From: Comamonadaceae bacterium
GTDB taxonomy: Bacteria > Pseudomonadota > Gammaproteobacteria > Burkholderiales > Burkholderiaceae_C
Assembly (NCBI GenBank): GCA_947451565.1
Contig: CANFZT010000001.1
Coordinates: 1-58,688, forward strand
DNA: 58,688 bases
Direction: 5' to 3'
Position numbers and translations under genes: made by a program. The notes below the pieces were generated by a model. That model searched no databases and had not been told where the DNA came from. It was given only the letters and a program-made list of their open reading frames with translations. Shown here in pieces: positions 18,639-28,414 of this stretch; position 1 is the stretch's first letter; each line of letters begins with the position of its first letter.

Positions 18639-19116
18639 GTTCTGGACATGCGACAGTCAACAGCACCGTCTGCGGTTGACCGTCGCGTATGCGGGTTCGT
18701 AGCCACCAAACACCGCCCTTGCGCACAGGGCACATCTCGTCTCGCATGCCCAATAGCCGCGCCACCAGTTGTCCTAAATAAGGCTGATGCCCCACCAGCA
18801 ACACGGGGCCTTTGAGCTGCGGGCCTGTCTCTGGATGCCATTTGAGCAAATTCATTACATCGTCGACCGATGTTTCGGGCACCAGTTCGTCACGCAACTT
18901 AAATTTGCGCCCCAATGACATGGCCGTTTGTTGCGTGCGACGCGATGGGCTGACCAGCACGCGCGTACCTTCCGGTAAATGACGATCTAACCAAGAGGCC
19001 ATACGCATGGCCTGACGCTCGCCCTTTTTTGTGAGTGAGCGAGACAAATCATCACCACCTTCCGGTGCGACTTCAGCTTCGGCATGACGCCACAAAATCA
19101 AGTCCATGTCTGGCAC
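18607..19116 (-). CDS. sixA: Phosphohistidine phosphatase SixA
   Basis: LILWRHAEAE (RH motif), R.LT.KG..QA, SP..RT.QTA, LVGHQP. Confidence 0.88.
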   Translation of the reverse strand: MPDMDLILWRHAEAEVAPEGGDDLSRSLTKKGERQAMRMASWLDRHLPEGTRVLVSPSRRTQQTAMSLGRKFKLRDELVPETSVDDVMNLLKWHPETGPQLKGPVLLVGHQPYLGQLVARLLGMRDEMCPVRKGGVWWLRTRIRDGQPQTVLLTVACPELTSSSWDDRS

Positions 19117-19128
19117 CTCACATCTACA

Positions 19129-21267
19129 TCACAACTTGGCAGCGTACAAAGCCATTAACGCGGCTTGTGCGCCATGCGCGAGTACGGGCGTTACAGTCTG
19201 TGGTGTTTGACTTGTTTTAATCGATGCACGTTTGGGCTTAGTCACCTGCACCCGTGTGTAAAGGCCATCGGCATTCAAGCTCCAAGCATCAACGTTGTCA
19301 TGCAAGTACGCCACCAAACACTCGTCAATGATCCGTTGGCGCAAAACTGCATCTTCCACAGGCCATGCCAACTCAACACGGCGAAGCATGTTGCGGTTCA
19401 TCCAATCGGCACTCGACAAATACAAAGATTCGTCATTGGCGGTGCGGAAATAAAACACCCGCGAATGCTCTAAGAAACGACCAATGATGGAGCGAACGCG
19501 GATGTTGTCCGCCACACCTGGACGTTGTGCGGGCAACATGCATGCGCCTCGAATGATCAAATCAATCTGCACCCCCGCCTGCCCCGCTTTCACCAAAGCT
19601 TCCATCAGTTTTTCATCGGTGAGTGTGTTCATCTTCAAGATGATGCGACTGTCGATGCCCTGTGCCGCAGCTTGCGCTGTTTTTTCGACCTTATCAATCA
19701 AGCTGCGTTGCAACTGAAATGGCGCAATCATCAACTTGTTCAAGCGTGGAATCTTGCTTTGATTCGCCAATAAGTTAAATACGCTTTCCACGTCTTGTGT
19801 GAGTTTGGGGTCGCAGGTGATATGACTCAAATCGGTATAGAGCTTGGCAGTGCGAGGGTTGTAGTTACCCGTAGACAAATGCGCATAGCGGCGAATGTTG
19901 CGACCTTCGCGGCGCGTGACCAGCAGCATCTTGGCATGCGTCTTCAGACCCACCACGCCATACACCACCTGGGCACCAATGTATTCGAGCTTTTCAGCCC
20001 AATTGATATTGGCCTCTTCGTCAAAACGCGCCTTCAACTCCACCACCACGGTCACTTCTTTGCCTCGCTGAACAGCTTCGCGCAACAACTCCATCAACAC
20101 AGAATCAGCCCCCGTGCGATAGATGGTTTGCTTGATGGCAAGCACATGGGGGTCACGCACCGCCTCACGCAAGAAAGCCAAAACGCCATCAAAGCTTTCA
20201 TAAGGCTGGTGAATCATGACATCGCCACTTTGCAAGCGATCAAAGATAGACCCATTGGTCACCAATTGCTGCGGATAGCTGGCGTTGTAAAGTGGAAACA
20301 ACCACTTGGGGTTGTCTACCAAGTCAATCAACTGGTTAAGGCGCACCAAGTTCACTGGACCATGCACACGGTACAACGCCGAGTGCGGCAATTCAAACTG
20401 TTGCAACAAAAATTCAGACAGATGCTCTGAGCAACCCGAAGACACCTCCAGCCGCACGGCTTGGCCGTAATTGCGGTGCACCAAACCTTGGCGCAAAGCT
20501 GTGCGCAGGTTTTTCACATCCTCTTCATCCACCGACAAATCAGAATGACGGGTCACACGAAACTGCGAAAACTGCCCTACATCGCGGCCTGGAAACAAAT
20601 CTTTGAGGTGTGCACGAATCACGCTGGAGATCGACACAAACAGTTGGCGTTTGCCCGAGAGCTTGTCTGGCAACGGAATCAAACGCGGCAAACTGCGTGG
20701 CACTTTGACAATCGCAATTTCGTTGTCACGGCCAAAGGCATCTTTACCCGACAGACGCACGATGAAGTTGAGCGATTTGTTCGCAACTTGTGGAAACGGA
20801 TGTGCGGGGTCTAGCCCCACAGGTAACAACAAGGGGCGCACTTCGCGTTCAAAAAATGATTTCACCCATTGGTGCTGCACCAAGGTGCGATCACCATGCG
20901 ACAGGATGCGAACCCCTTCTTTCGCAAAGGCGGGCATGAGCACATCGTTGTAAAGCGCGTATTGCTCGTCAACCAACGCGTGAGCTACTTTGCTGAGCGA
21001 GTGCTGAGCGTGTGTGCCTGCTGCATCCAAAGGGGCCTTGGGGTGCTCCACACTGTTGTGCAGTGCGGCACGTACTTCAAAAAACTCATCGAGGTTTGAG
21101 GACACGATGCACAGGTAGCGTAAACGCTCTAGCAAAGGCACTTCGGGACGCTTAGCCCAATCGAGCACACGGACGTTGAACGCCAAAAGACTCAGGTCGC
21201 GGTCTAACCATTCAACTCTGTTGCTCTTGTGTATGTGTGTCTCTTTGCTGAGATTGCCAATCGTCAT
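19129..21267 (-). CDS. ppk1: Polyphosphate kinase 1 (start placed at MTIGN; the ORF-track start overlaps the Pho box)
   Basis: RDLSLLAFN.RVL, SSNLDEFFEVR, HPFP, KQTIYRT, ELKARFDEEANI, LKTHAK, TGNYN, GRFLEHSR, SSADWM.RN. Confidence 0.97.
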   Translation of the reverse strand: MTIGNLSKETHIHKSNRVEWLDRDLSLLAFNVRVLDWAKRPEVPLLERLRYLCIVSSNLDEFFEVRAALHNSVEHPKAPLDAAGTHAQHSLSKVAHALVDEQYALYNDVLMPAFAKEGVRILSHGDRTLVQHQWVKSFFEREVRPLLLPVGLDPAHPFPQVANKSLNFIVRLSGKDAFGRDNEIAIVKVPRSLPRLIPLPDKLSGKRQLFVSISSVIRAHLKDLFPGRDVGQFSQFRVTRHSDLSVDEEDVKNLRTALRQGLVHRNYGQAVRLEVSSGCSEHLSEFLLQQFELPHSALYRVHGPVNLVRLNQLIDLVDNPKWLFPLYNASYPQQLVTNGSIFDRLQSGDVMIHQPYESFDGVLAFLREAVRDPHVLAIKQTIYRTGADSVLMELLREAVQRGKEVTVVVELKARFDEEANINWAEKLEYIGAQVVYGVVGLKTHAKMLLVTRREGRNIRRYAHLSTGNYNPRTAKLYTDLSHITCDPKLTQDVESVFNLLANQSKIPRLNKLMIAPFQLQRSLIDKVEKTAQAAAQGIDSRIILKMNTLTDEKLMEALVKAGQAGVQIDLIIRGACMLPAQRPGVADNIRVRSIIGRFLEHSRVFYFRTANDESLYLSSADWMNRNMLRRVELAWPVEDAVLRQRIIDECLVAYLHDNVDAWSLNADGLYTRVQVTKPKRASIKTSQTPQTVTPVLAHGAQAALMALYAAKL

Positions 21268-21309
21268 TTGCTTACCTGCCTGTCTATTCTTCAAGTGTGA
21301 CGATGAAAT

Positions 21310-21336
21310 GTGACGAACGTGTGACATTTATGACAG
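21310..21336 (-). promoter_or_regulatory. Pho box upstream of ppk1
   Basis: Minus strand CTGTCAT-aaat-GTCAC-acgttc-GTCAC, close to the PhoB consensus half-site CTGTCAT. Confidence 0.8.
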
Positions 21337-21377
21337 CCCTATAGGTCACACATTGAAACAGTCACTAAGATTCACTT

Positions 21378-22616
21378 ATGAATTGGGATGAATCCTCTCT
21401 CGGACTGCTCACAGCATTGAGCATAGGTTTTCTCATTGGCACCGTGAGAGAGCGTTTGCACCGACCTGGCGCGATGAAGGCCGGCGTTCGAACGCATGTC
21501 ATCGTGGCGTTGACGGGCGCTATCACGTTCGGCATGGGAACGCCATTTTTTATCACTGCGCTGTTGGTCACCGGCTTCATGATGACTATTGGCTACCATC
21601 AATCTGCCCCAAAAGATCCTGGGATGACGGGCGAGTTCACACTCTTTTTAACCATGGTTCTAGCGGGTCTGGCCACCACGCAGGCTTCACGCGCAACCGC
21701 CATTGGCGTGATGGTTGCAGGCTTGCTACTTGTCAAGAAACCATTGCATAAATTCAGTCAAGAGATATTGACCGAGCACGAACTGGAAGATGCACTGATG
21801 TTGTTCGCCTCGGCGCTGGTGGTCTTACCGCTGTTGCCGACAGCACCAATTGATCCTTGGCATGCACTCAACCCCTATGCCATGTGGAAAATTGTGGTGC
21901 TGATCATGGGCGTTGGCATGTTGGGGCATGTTTGCATGCGTGTCGCAGACGTGAGATGGGGCTTGCCCTTGGCTGGTTTTTTCTCGGGCTTCATTTCTTC
22001 CACGGCTGCTGTTGCCGAATATGGACATAAGGCGCATGACAAACCTGCATTCGAATCCATGGCGAGTGCTGCCGCTTTGCTCTCCGTTTTGTCGTCGCTG
22101 ATGTTGTTCACCTTGGTTTTGGCGGCCAGTGCGCCTGAGTTGCTCCGATCGGTCGCATGGCCACTGGTAGCCGCAGGCATAGCTCTTTCATTAGTCGCGG
22201 CATACTTCATTCAACATACGGAAATACCGGACAGTTTTCAACTGACTTCCGCCAAGCACGCCTTCAAAACTACGCATGCGCTGATGATCGCAACCACGAT
22301 CAGCGCCGTGATTCTTTGTGCTGCTTGGCTCAAAAGCTACTTTGGTGATTCAGGTGCATTCGCCACTTCAGTGATCGTCGGCTTGGTAGAAATTCACGCA
22401 GCAGCCGTTGGCATTTCTCAGCTCAGTCATTCAGACCTGGCGCAATCTGCTTTTGCACGCTGGGGGGGGGTGATTGCCATCTTAGCTTCTAGCGCGATGT
22501 CGAAAATATTTTTGGCCTATTTCATCGGCGGTTTACGTTACGGCCATCGCATCGCCATCGGCTTAGCAAGCCTTCTCGGCGCTGCCATTCTGTGCATGCT
22601 AGGCCTGGGTGGTTAA
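21378..22616 (+). CDS. MgtC/SapB-family, DUF4010-type multi-pass membrane protein
   Basis: IGFLIG..RE, AGVRT, DPGMT.E, LPLLP, GFISSTA; many TM segments. Confidence 0.8.
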   Translation: MNWDESSLGLLTALSIGFLIGTVRERLHRPGAMKAGVRTHVIVALTGAITFGMGTPFFITALLVTGFMMTIGYHQSAPKDPGMTGEFTLFLTMVLAGLATTQASRATAIGVMVAGLLLVKKPLHKFSQEILTEHELEDALMLFASALVVLPLLPTAPIDPWHALNPYAMWKIVVLIMGVGMLGHVCMRVADVRWGLPLAGFFSGFISSTAAVAEYGHKAHDKPAFESMASAAALLSVLSSLMLFTLVLAASAPELLRSVAWPLVAAGIALSLVAAYFIQHTEIPDSFQLTSAKHAFKTTHALMIATTISAVILCAAWLKSYFGDSGAFATSVIVGLVEIHAAAVGISQLSHSDLAQSAFARWGGVIAILASSAMSKIFLAYFIGGLRYGHRIAIGLASLLGAAILCMLGLGG

Positions 22617-23477
22617 CAGCGCCTCACCCATACGAATTCTCATGCCAGTCTCGATGCCATCCGCCCATGCAAAGCCTGGCGGGACAAACATCAAGATGGT
22701 GGAGCCGTGTTCAAACCAGCCCATCTCCTGGCCTTTGACATAGTCGGCGTCGCAAGGAATTTTATTCGCGCCTTTGTAACGAAGGTTTAGCAGCACATCT
22801 ACCGCGTGAAATCGCATGCTGGCCACCAGCACCGCAGCCACAGGGACGATCAAAAATGGAATGCCATCGCCTGTTTGCATTTCTAAAACAGCTCTTTCGT
22901 TCTTGCAAAACAACTCTTTCACGCGTGTCAACGCAATCGGGTTTACGTTCCAGGTATCGCCTGAGATGTAAGTCACACGACTCAAGTGGGCATCGCAAGG
23001 CGCATGAAAGCGGTGATACATGCTGCTGGTCAAACGCAGGGTCATGAAGCGACCGCCCTCTAACAAGTTCGGCCAACGCTGAATCAATTCAGGCGCGCTC
23101 AGCAGGCTGTGGAGGTTGTACGGAAAGCCTTTGGCTTGAAACACCATGCCATCCCGAATCTCGCCGCACGCTCCGACGATCGCATCACAAGGCGAGCTGA
23201 GCACCGAGGGGTTGGAATCAATGGGACGCAGCCCTGGTCGCAATTCGCGTGTGAAGCATTCATGCAGGTTTGCAAATTTTTGCTGTTTGGATTCACTCAA
23301 ATCCAAATCGGTGAACCAACGCCACACAGCAATGGAAGCTTTGACGATCAAGGGGTGACGCAGCTGACTCCACCACCCCATGAACCGTGTCAAGGTCATA
23401 CGAGGTATGCGGTTCGTCAACAAAAAATTGAGATCTTCTTGCAGAAGAAAATTTTGAAATTTATTTCGAATCTTCAT
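22599..23477 (-). CDS. psd: Phosphatidylserine decarboxylase-family proenzyme
   Basis: FTRELRPGLRPI, SPCD, YHRFHAP, LFCKNER, KGQEMGWFEHGSTI (GST autocleavage site). Confidence 0.85.
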   Translation of the reverse strand: MKIRNKFQNFLLQEDLNFLLTNRIPRMTLTRFMGWWSQLRHPLIVKASIAVWRWFTDLDLSESKQQKFANLHECFTRELRPGLRPIDSNPSVLSSPCDAIVGACGEIRDGMVFQAKGFPYNLHSLLSAPELIQRWPNLLEGGRFMTLRLTSSMYHRFHAPCDAHLSRVTYISGDTWNVNPIALTRVKELFCKNERAVLEMQTGDGIPFLIVPVAAVLVASMRFHAVDVLLNLRYKGANKIPCDADYVKGQEMGWFEHGSTILMFVPPGFAWADGIETGMRIRMGEALLTTQA

Positions 23478-23533
23478 CGTCTTGTCACTTAATTTAAATA
23501 CAAAGGTCTATCTCTAACACAAGGAAATCGACT

Positions 23534-25165
23534 GTGAACACCACTTGGATGAGTTTGGGTGCATTGGCTACGTTCGCACCGTCTATCTATCGACGACTTC
23601 AACTCTCTCGCGCCAAACACCGCTCGCTGGCGGGACATTCGCGCATGGCCAAACGTTTAGCCCGCATGTTGCCCGGCTACCATTTTGACGAGCAAGTGTT
23701 CTTTAAATGTGACAACGCGCCATTCGAGATACAAAATCTTCGCCGCCAAGCATTTTTCAAAATTGCAGAAGTCCTCAAAGCGCGTCATCCCTTGAGCATT
23801 CAAGCCACGGAAGCGGCACGAGAGAATATTTCGGACATGCAGTTCATTTCTGCATACCGTGTGCCCTTTCAATTCAGTCCTTTGGTGCAAGCGCATCTAA
23901 AAGTTGGCTCATTCTTGCAATCGGCCACAGGTGTCTTTGTGACTGACTTGGATGGTCAATCGTTTTATGACTTGACAGGCTCTTATGGTGTCAATGTATT
24001 TGGTGCTGATTTTTATAAAAAAACCATGGCTGAAGGCATAGCTAAGACTCAAAGTTTGGGGCCAATTCTTGGGGCTTACCACCCTTGTGTGGCTAGCAAT
24101 GCCGAGCGTCTGAAAAAGATTTCAGGCATGGACGAAGTGTCATTTCACATGTCGGGCACTGAGGCCGTGATGCAAGCCGTACGCTTGGCGCGTTATCACA
24201 CCCGACGTAAATACACTGTGCGTTTTTGTGGCGCGTACCATGGCTGGTGGGAAGATGTTCAACCCGGCCCCGGCAACCCCATGCCACCGCGCGAGACCTA
24301 CACCTTGAGTGACATGAGCGAGCGCAGCCTTGAAGTGATTCGCACGCGCAAGGACATTGCTTGCGTCTTGGTCAATCCATTGCAAGCATTACACCCTAAC
24401 GTCAACGCACCCGGCGACACCACACTGGTCGACAGCAGTCGCAGAGCCGCGTATGACCGCGAGGCTTACACGGCATGGCTTCACAAGTTGCGCCAAGCCT
24501 GCACAGACAACGGGGTTGTACTGATCTTTGACGAAGTGTTCTTAGGTTTTCGTTTGGCCTACGGGGGCGCACAAGCGTACTTCGGCGTGCAGGCCGACAT
24601 GGTGACTTACGGAAAAACACTGGGCGGTGGTTTTCCTGTGGGTGTGGTGTGCGGAAAGAAGAAATGGATGCACCGTTTCCATGCGGACCGCCCTGCAGAT
24701 ATTTGTTTTGCGCGGGGCACCTTCAAAGAACACCCGGCTGTGATGGGCGCCATGTCTGCATTTTTGGATCAACTCGAAACCCCTGAAATTCAAGCCATCT
24801 ATCAAGGGCTGGATGAGCGTTGGAATGAGCGCGCTCAATATTTCAACGATGCCATGCAAACCAATGGCATTCCACTACTAGCCGCCAATATGTCCAGTGT
24901 TTGGACGCTGTTATACACACAACCCAGTCGCTACAACTGGATGCTGCAGTACTACCTGCGTATCCACGGTTTGGCACTGAGTTGGGTGGGCACGGGACGT
25001 TTGATCTTTAGTCTGAACTACAGCGATGCAGACTTTGAAGTCGTGGTACAACGTTTCGTTTTGGCCGCGACACAAATGAAAAATGATGGTTGGTGGTGGC
25101 ACACGCCAGAGTTGACCAACAAAAGCATTCGTCGCACCATTTTGAAAGAAACACTCTTCCGATAA
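23534..25165 (+). CDS. Class III PLP-dependent aminotransferase (glutamate-1-semialdehyde aminomutase-like) with N-terminal extension
   Basis: DLDG..FYD, SGTEAVMQAVRLAR, F.GAYHG, LIFDEVFLGFR, TYGKTLGGGFPVG (PLP Lys). Confidence 0.88.
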   Translation: MNTTWMSLGALATFAPSIYRRLQLSRAKHRSLAGHSRMAKRLARMLPGYHFDEQVFFKCDNAPFEIQNLRRQAFFKIAEVLKARHPLSIQATEAARENISDMQFISAYRVPFQFSPLVQAHLKVGSFLQSATGVFVTDLDGQSFYDLTGSYGVNVFGADFYKKTMAEGIAKTQSLGPILGAYHPCVASNAERLKKISGMDEVSFHMSGTEAVMQAVRLARYHTRRKYTVRFCGAYHGWWEDVQPGPGNPMPPRETYTLSDMSERSLEVIRTRKDIACVLVNPLQALHPNVNAPGDTTLVDSSRRAAYDREAYTAWLHKLRQACTDNGVVLIFDEVFLGFRLAYGGAQAYFGVQADMVTYGKTLGGGFPVGVVCGKKKWMHRFHADRPADICFARGTFKEHPAVMGAMSAFLDQLETPEIQAIYQGLDERWNERAQYFNDAMQTNGIPLLAANMSSVWTLLYTQPSRYNWMLQYYLRIHGLALSWVGTGRLIFSLNYSDADFEVVVQRFVLAATQMKNDGWWWHTPELTNKSIRRTILKETLFR

Positions 25166-25169
25166 GACC

Positions 25170-25204
25170 AAAAGGGGTTCAGGTCATTGACCCGAACCCC
25201 TTTT
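25170..25204. terminator. Bidirectional intrinsic terminator-like hairpin
   Basis: aaaaggggttcaggtca-t-tgacccgaacccctttt between convergent genes, with A/T tracts on both sides. Confidence 0.8.
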
Positions 25205-25226
25205 AACGGATGGGTAACACTAAGTC

Positions 25227-25835
25227 TTAGTGGCTTGCATTTAAGAAGTTTTGGTCAAAGCGCTGACCACGCAATAGCTGCAAAGGTGCCTTGTGATACA
25301 GGTACACATCATGTAATGGGTCCGTCAAGATTTTGGTCATCCACACCAAGCCGGTTTGCACATCCTTAATGAAACACAGATGAATGGTTCTAAACAACAA
25401 ACCGCCCACGCCTAAAAACAACCAAGCGTAGCCAACGGCATATAAAAACTCTATCAAGTTTTCATATATTGGAATCACGCCGAAATGACCTGGAAAATAG
25501 TAAATCACCAAAGGCAACAACACCCACAGGCTCAACAGCACCACTTTTCGGCGGAGGTTGTAACCTACCTTGATTTCTTCTTTGAACGCGTTGCTGGCAT
25601 CGTTCACATGGTCATAGCCTAAAGGTTCAAAAAAGAAATGACCGGATTGACGCGCCGTCATCGACACCAACCAAGCCAGCAAAGCCGCCCATGCAGGTTC
25701 AACAAACAACAAGGTGTAAGAAATCAAAAAACAAATGGCGCTGAGCAAGTGCAACGATTGATTGATGCGGCAATGGTGGTAATAGCGATGGTCATCCCAG
25801 CGTTGAATGCGCAATGCTTCCAAAAAGTTTTTCAC
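25227..25835 (-). CDS. Conserved membrane protein, DUF962/Mpo1-like His pattern
   Basis: RWDDHRYYHHCRINQSLH and RQSGHFFFE His motifs; about four TM segments. Confidence 0.7.
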   Translation of the reverse strand: MKNFLEALRIQRWDDHRYYHHCRINQSLHLLSAICFLISYTLLFVEPAWAALLAWLVSMTARQSGHFFFEPLGYDHVNDASNAFKEEIKVGYNLRRKVVLLSLWVLLPLVIYYFPGHFGVIPIYENLIEFLYAVGYAWLFLGVGGLLFRTIHLCFIKDVQTGLVWMTKILTDPLHDVYLYHKAPLQLLRGQRFDQNFLNASH

Positions 25836-25866
25836 GTCAATTCCTCATGTGTTTTAAAACACCGCA

Positions 25867-25962
25867 ATCATGGTCTTGTCATGTGAAAAATCAGTGACAA
25901 GTTGCAAAGAAATGCAGATGAAATAAAAACGTCAAAGCGACGCAATGTCATCAAGTTGTTAA
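25867..25962. promoter_or_regulatory. Degenerate Pho-box-like pairs in the divergent intergenic region
   Basis: Plus strand ATCAT-N6-GTCAT and GTCAT-N6-GTTAA; minus strand GTCAC-N6-TTCAC. Confidence 0.45.
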
Positions 25963-25976
25963 ATTCATCAGCAACC

Positions 25977-27179
25977 ATGATGGACATGAAACTCACAAGC
26001 GACACACCCATCTTGGTCGAACACTTTGAGCCCGCACAGAGGTTCTTGCGCATCGCGGTTGTGACAGAAACATGGCCCCCCGAAGTCAATGGCGTAGCGG
26101 TCACACTTTCAAAGTTGATTCAACATTTGGGACAACGTCAGCACACCATTCAGTTGATCCGCCCACGCCAAGACAAGCACGATGCGGGGATCCAGCAAAC
26201 CGGTTGGTCTGAATTACTGTTACGTGGCTTACCTATTCCAAGGTACCCCCAACTCAAGCTCGGTTTACCAAGCAAAAAGGCACTCATCAATGCTTGGCGT
26301 ATAAAGCGCCCTGATTTGGTTCATGTGGCAACAGAAGGCCCATTGAGTTGGTCGGCCTTGCAAGCAGCACAAACACTGCGTTTGCCTGTGACATCTGATT
26401 TCCGAACGAACTTTCACAGCTATTGCCAACATTACGGTGTGGGTTGGTTGAGCAAGCCCATTGTTGCGTATTTACGGAAATTCCATAACCGTACTGCCTT
26501 CACCATGGTGCCCACACAATCCATGAAATACCAATTAGAGGCCTTGGGTTTTAATAATTTAAAAGTGGTCGCACGCGGCATAGAAACACATATTTTCCAT
26601 CCTGAAAATCGAAATGACGCATTGAGAAAAAGTTGGGGGGCTATCCCTGAGACGATTGTTCTTCTATCAGTTGGTCGATTAGCCGCAGAAAAAAATCTAG
26701 ACCTCACACTTCAAGCGTACCAAGCACTCATGGCAGCAGGAAGGCCTGTAAAAATAGTATTTGCAGGGGACGGCCCCATGCGTGCAACCCTTGAAATCAA
26801 GTGTCCAGATGCGATCTTTGCCGGCATGTGCACGCACGAGCAATTGGCCAAGCTCTATGCAAGCGCTGATTTACTGTTATTTCCAAGCTTGACCGAAACT
26901 TTCGGCAATGTGACCCTAGAAGCACTTTCAAGCGGAACACCTGTGCTGGCTTTTGATTGTGCCGCCGCAGGTGAATTCATCACCGACAAAAAGAACGGCT
27001 GGTTAGTCTCCAGCGACGATCCCCAGGCCTATATCAACCGCGCACTTGACATCACGCGTGACAAAGAAACACTCATCAAGGCCCGTGCGTTCACACGCAG
27101 CAGCATCGAACATTTAGCCTGGGATGAAATTGCAGCTCAAGCTGAAAGTATTTTTCAGCGTGCCATTGAAATGGGTTGA
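25977..27179 (+). CDS. GT4 glycosyltransferase (start approximate)
   Basis: RIAVVTETWPPEVNGV, HVATEGPL, VGRLAAEKN, FPSLTETFGNVTLEA. Confidence 0.9.
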   Translation: MMDMKLTSDTPILVEHFEPAQRFLRIAVVTETWPPEVNGVAVTLSKLIQHLGQRQHTIQLIRPRQDKHDAGIQQTGWSELLLRGLPIPRYPQLKLGLPSKKALINAWRIKRPDLVHVATEGPLSWSALQAAQTLRLPVTSDFRTNFHSYCQHYGVGWLSKPIVAYLRKFHNRTAFTMVPTQSMKYQLEALGFNNLKVVARGIETHIFHPENRNDALRKSWGAIPETIVLLSVGRLAAEKNLDLTLQAYQALMAAGRPVKIVFAGDGPMRATLEIKCPDAIFAGMCTHEQLAKLYASADLLLFPSLTETFGNVTLEALSSGTPVLAFDCAAAGEFITDKKNGWLVSSDDPQAYINRALDITRDKETLIKARAFTRSSIEHLAWDEIAAQAESIFQRAIEMG

Positions 27180-28414
27180 CGGAATTGGCGCAAAAGTAGC
27201 AGGCAAAGCGGCGCCATTCCAGCGATGAGCACAGTAGCCAATAGCACCATGATGAACGTCAGCGACACATTCAACGCCAACAACGCGCTGTAAGACGCCA
27301 ACATCAACAGCACGCTTAGGTTTTCGTTAAATCCTTGCACAGCAATCGATCGCCCCGAGCTGAGCACCTGCATACCTCGGTGTTGTAGCAAGGCATTCAT
27401 GGGCACCAACAACATGCCACCCGCCAAACCGACGCATAGCAAAAGCGCCACAGCAATCCATATATTGGACGTAACCACCACCACGGGCAACAGCACAGCT
27501 AACAGCAAGCCCCAAGGCAAGGCTTGACGTGCTGAGTGCAACTTGAAGCGCCGCCCCGCCAAAAAAGCCCCAAGAACCACACCTAAAGCCACCAGCGCCT
27601 GAAGGTAAGCGCCATATTTGAGGGAGAAACCCAAAGTTTGCTGCGCCCAAACCAAGACGGCAAATTGCATGACGGCCCCCACCCCCCAATACAAGGTTGT
27701 AACGTAAAGGGATACACCGCCCAGGGGATCACGCCAGAGCTTGGTATTGGATGACCAGAAGGTTTGCCATTGAACGGCGTGACGCGTGAGAGGCAACAGA
27801 TGAACTCGGCCGCTCATCGGTTTCAAGCCTAAATTCAGACCCGCGGCTATCACATACACCACCGCCACCACACACATGGCGGGCCAGGTCTTTGTTTGAA
27901 TGAAAAACACAGCCGCGCTTGCAAAAACGGTTCTCCAATTTTGAGCCACCGTTGATTCCGACAGACCTGTCAATGCCCCACCCAAAGCGATGCCAAAAAT
28001 CACCGAGAGAACCACCGACACTTCTAACCAAGCATTGGCACGCACCAACATGCGCGGTGGGACAGACTCAGTGACCAATCCATACTTAGAAGGTGCATAC
28101 ACCGATGCGGCTAAACCAATCAATGCAAAAGCAAGCAAGGGCTGAGCGCCACTTAGCAGCAGCAGAACGCCCACAATCTTGAGTGCATTCATCCAAGCCA
28201 TCAATCGGTTCTTGGGAAAAGCATCGGCCAGGGGGCCGACCACAGAAGCGAGAAAGATATAAGCCAAGGTCAAAGAGAACTTCAACAAAGGCGCCCACCA
28301 CCCGGGATAGCCTTGCTCATTCAAAAAGTAAATACCTAAGATGAGCAATGCGTTGTCAGCAAGACCCGAGGCGAACTGCGCCCCAATGAGAAAGTAAAAC
28401 CCTTTAGGCATCAA
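27155..28414 (-). CDS. lplT: Lysophospholipid transporter LplT (MFS)
   Basis: AQFASGLADNAL, YAPSKYG..TE, VPMNALLQHRG, GRSIAVQ.FNEN. Confidence 0.88.
   Translation of the reverse strand: MMPKGFYFLIGAQFASGLADNALLILGIYFLNEQGYPGWWAPLLKFSLTLAYIFLASVVGPLADAFPKNRLMAWMNALKIVGVLLLLSGAQPLLAFALIGLAASVYAPSKYGLVTESVPPRMLVRANAWLEVSVVLSVIFGIALGGALTGLSESTVAQNWRTVFASAAVFFIQTKTWPAMCVVAVVYVIAAGLNLGLKPMSGRVHLLPLTRHAVQWQTFWSSNTKLWRDPLGGVSLYVTTLYWGVGAVMQFAVLVWAQQTLGFSLKYGAYLQALVALGVVLGAFLAGRRFKLHSARQALPWGLLLAVLLPVVVVTSNIWIAVALLLCVGLAGGMLLVPMNALLQHRGMQVLSSGRSIAVQGFNENLSVLLMLASYSALLALNVSLTFIMVLLATVLIAGMAPLCLLLLRQFRQPISMAR

Noticed and set aside
21268-21327. Longer N-terminus for Ppk1 given by the ORF track
   Set aside because: It would begin inside the Pho box; the Met at 21267 is more plausible
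23534-25165. Calling this hemL
   Set aside because: Much longer than HemL, has a divergent N-terminus and GTFKEHP instead of the usual GTxxGNP, and has no heme-pathway context
25170-25204. Second copy of the hrpA palindromic element
   Set aside because: Shares only a GGGGT...ACCCC flavour; shorter and adequately explained as a bidirectional terminator
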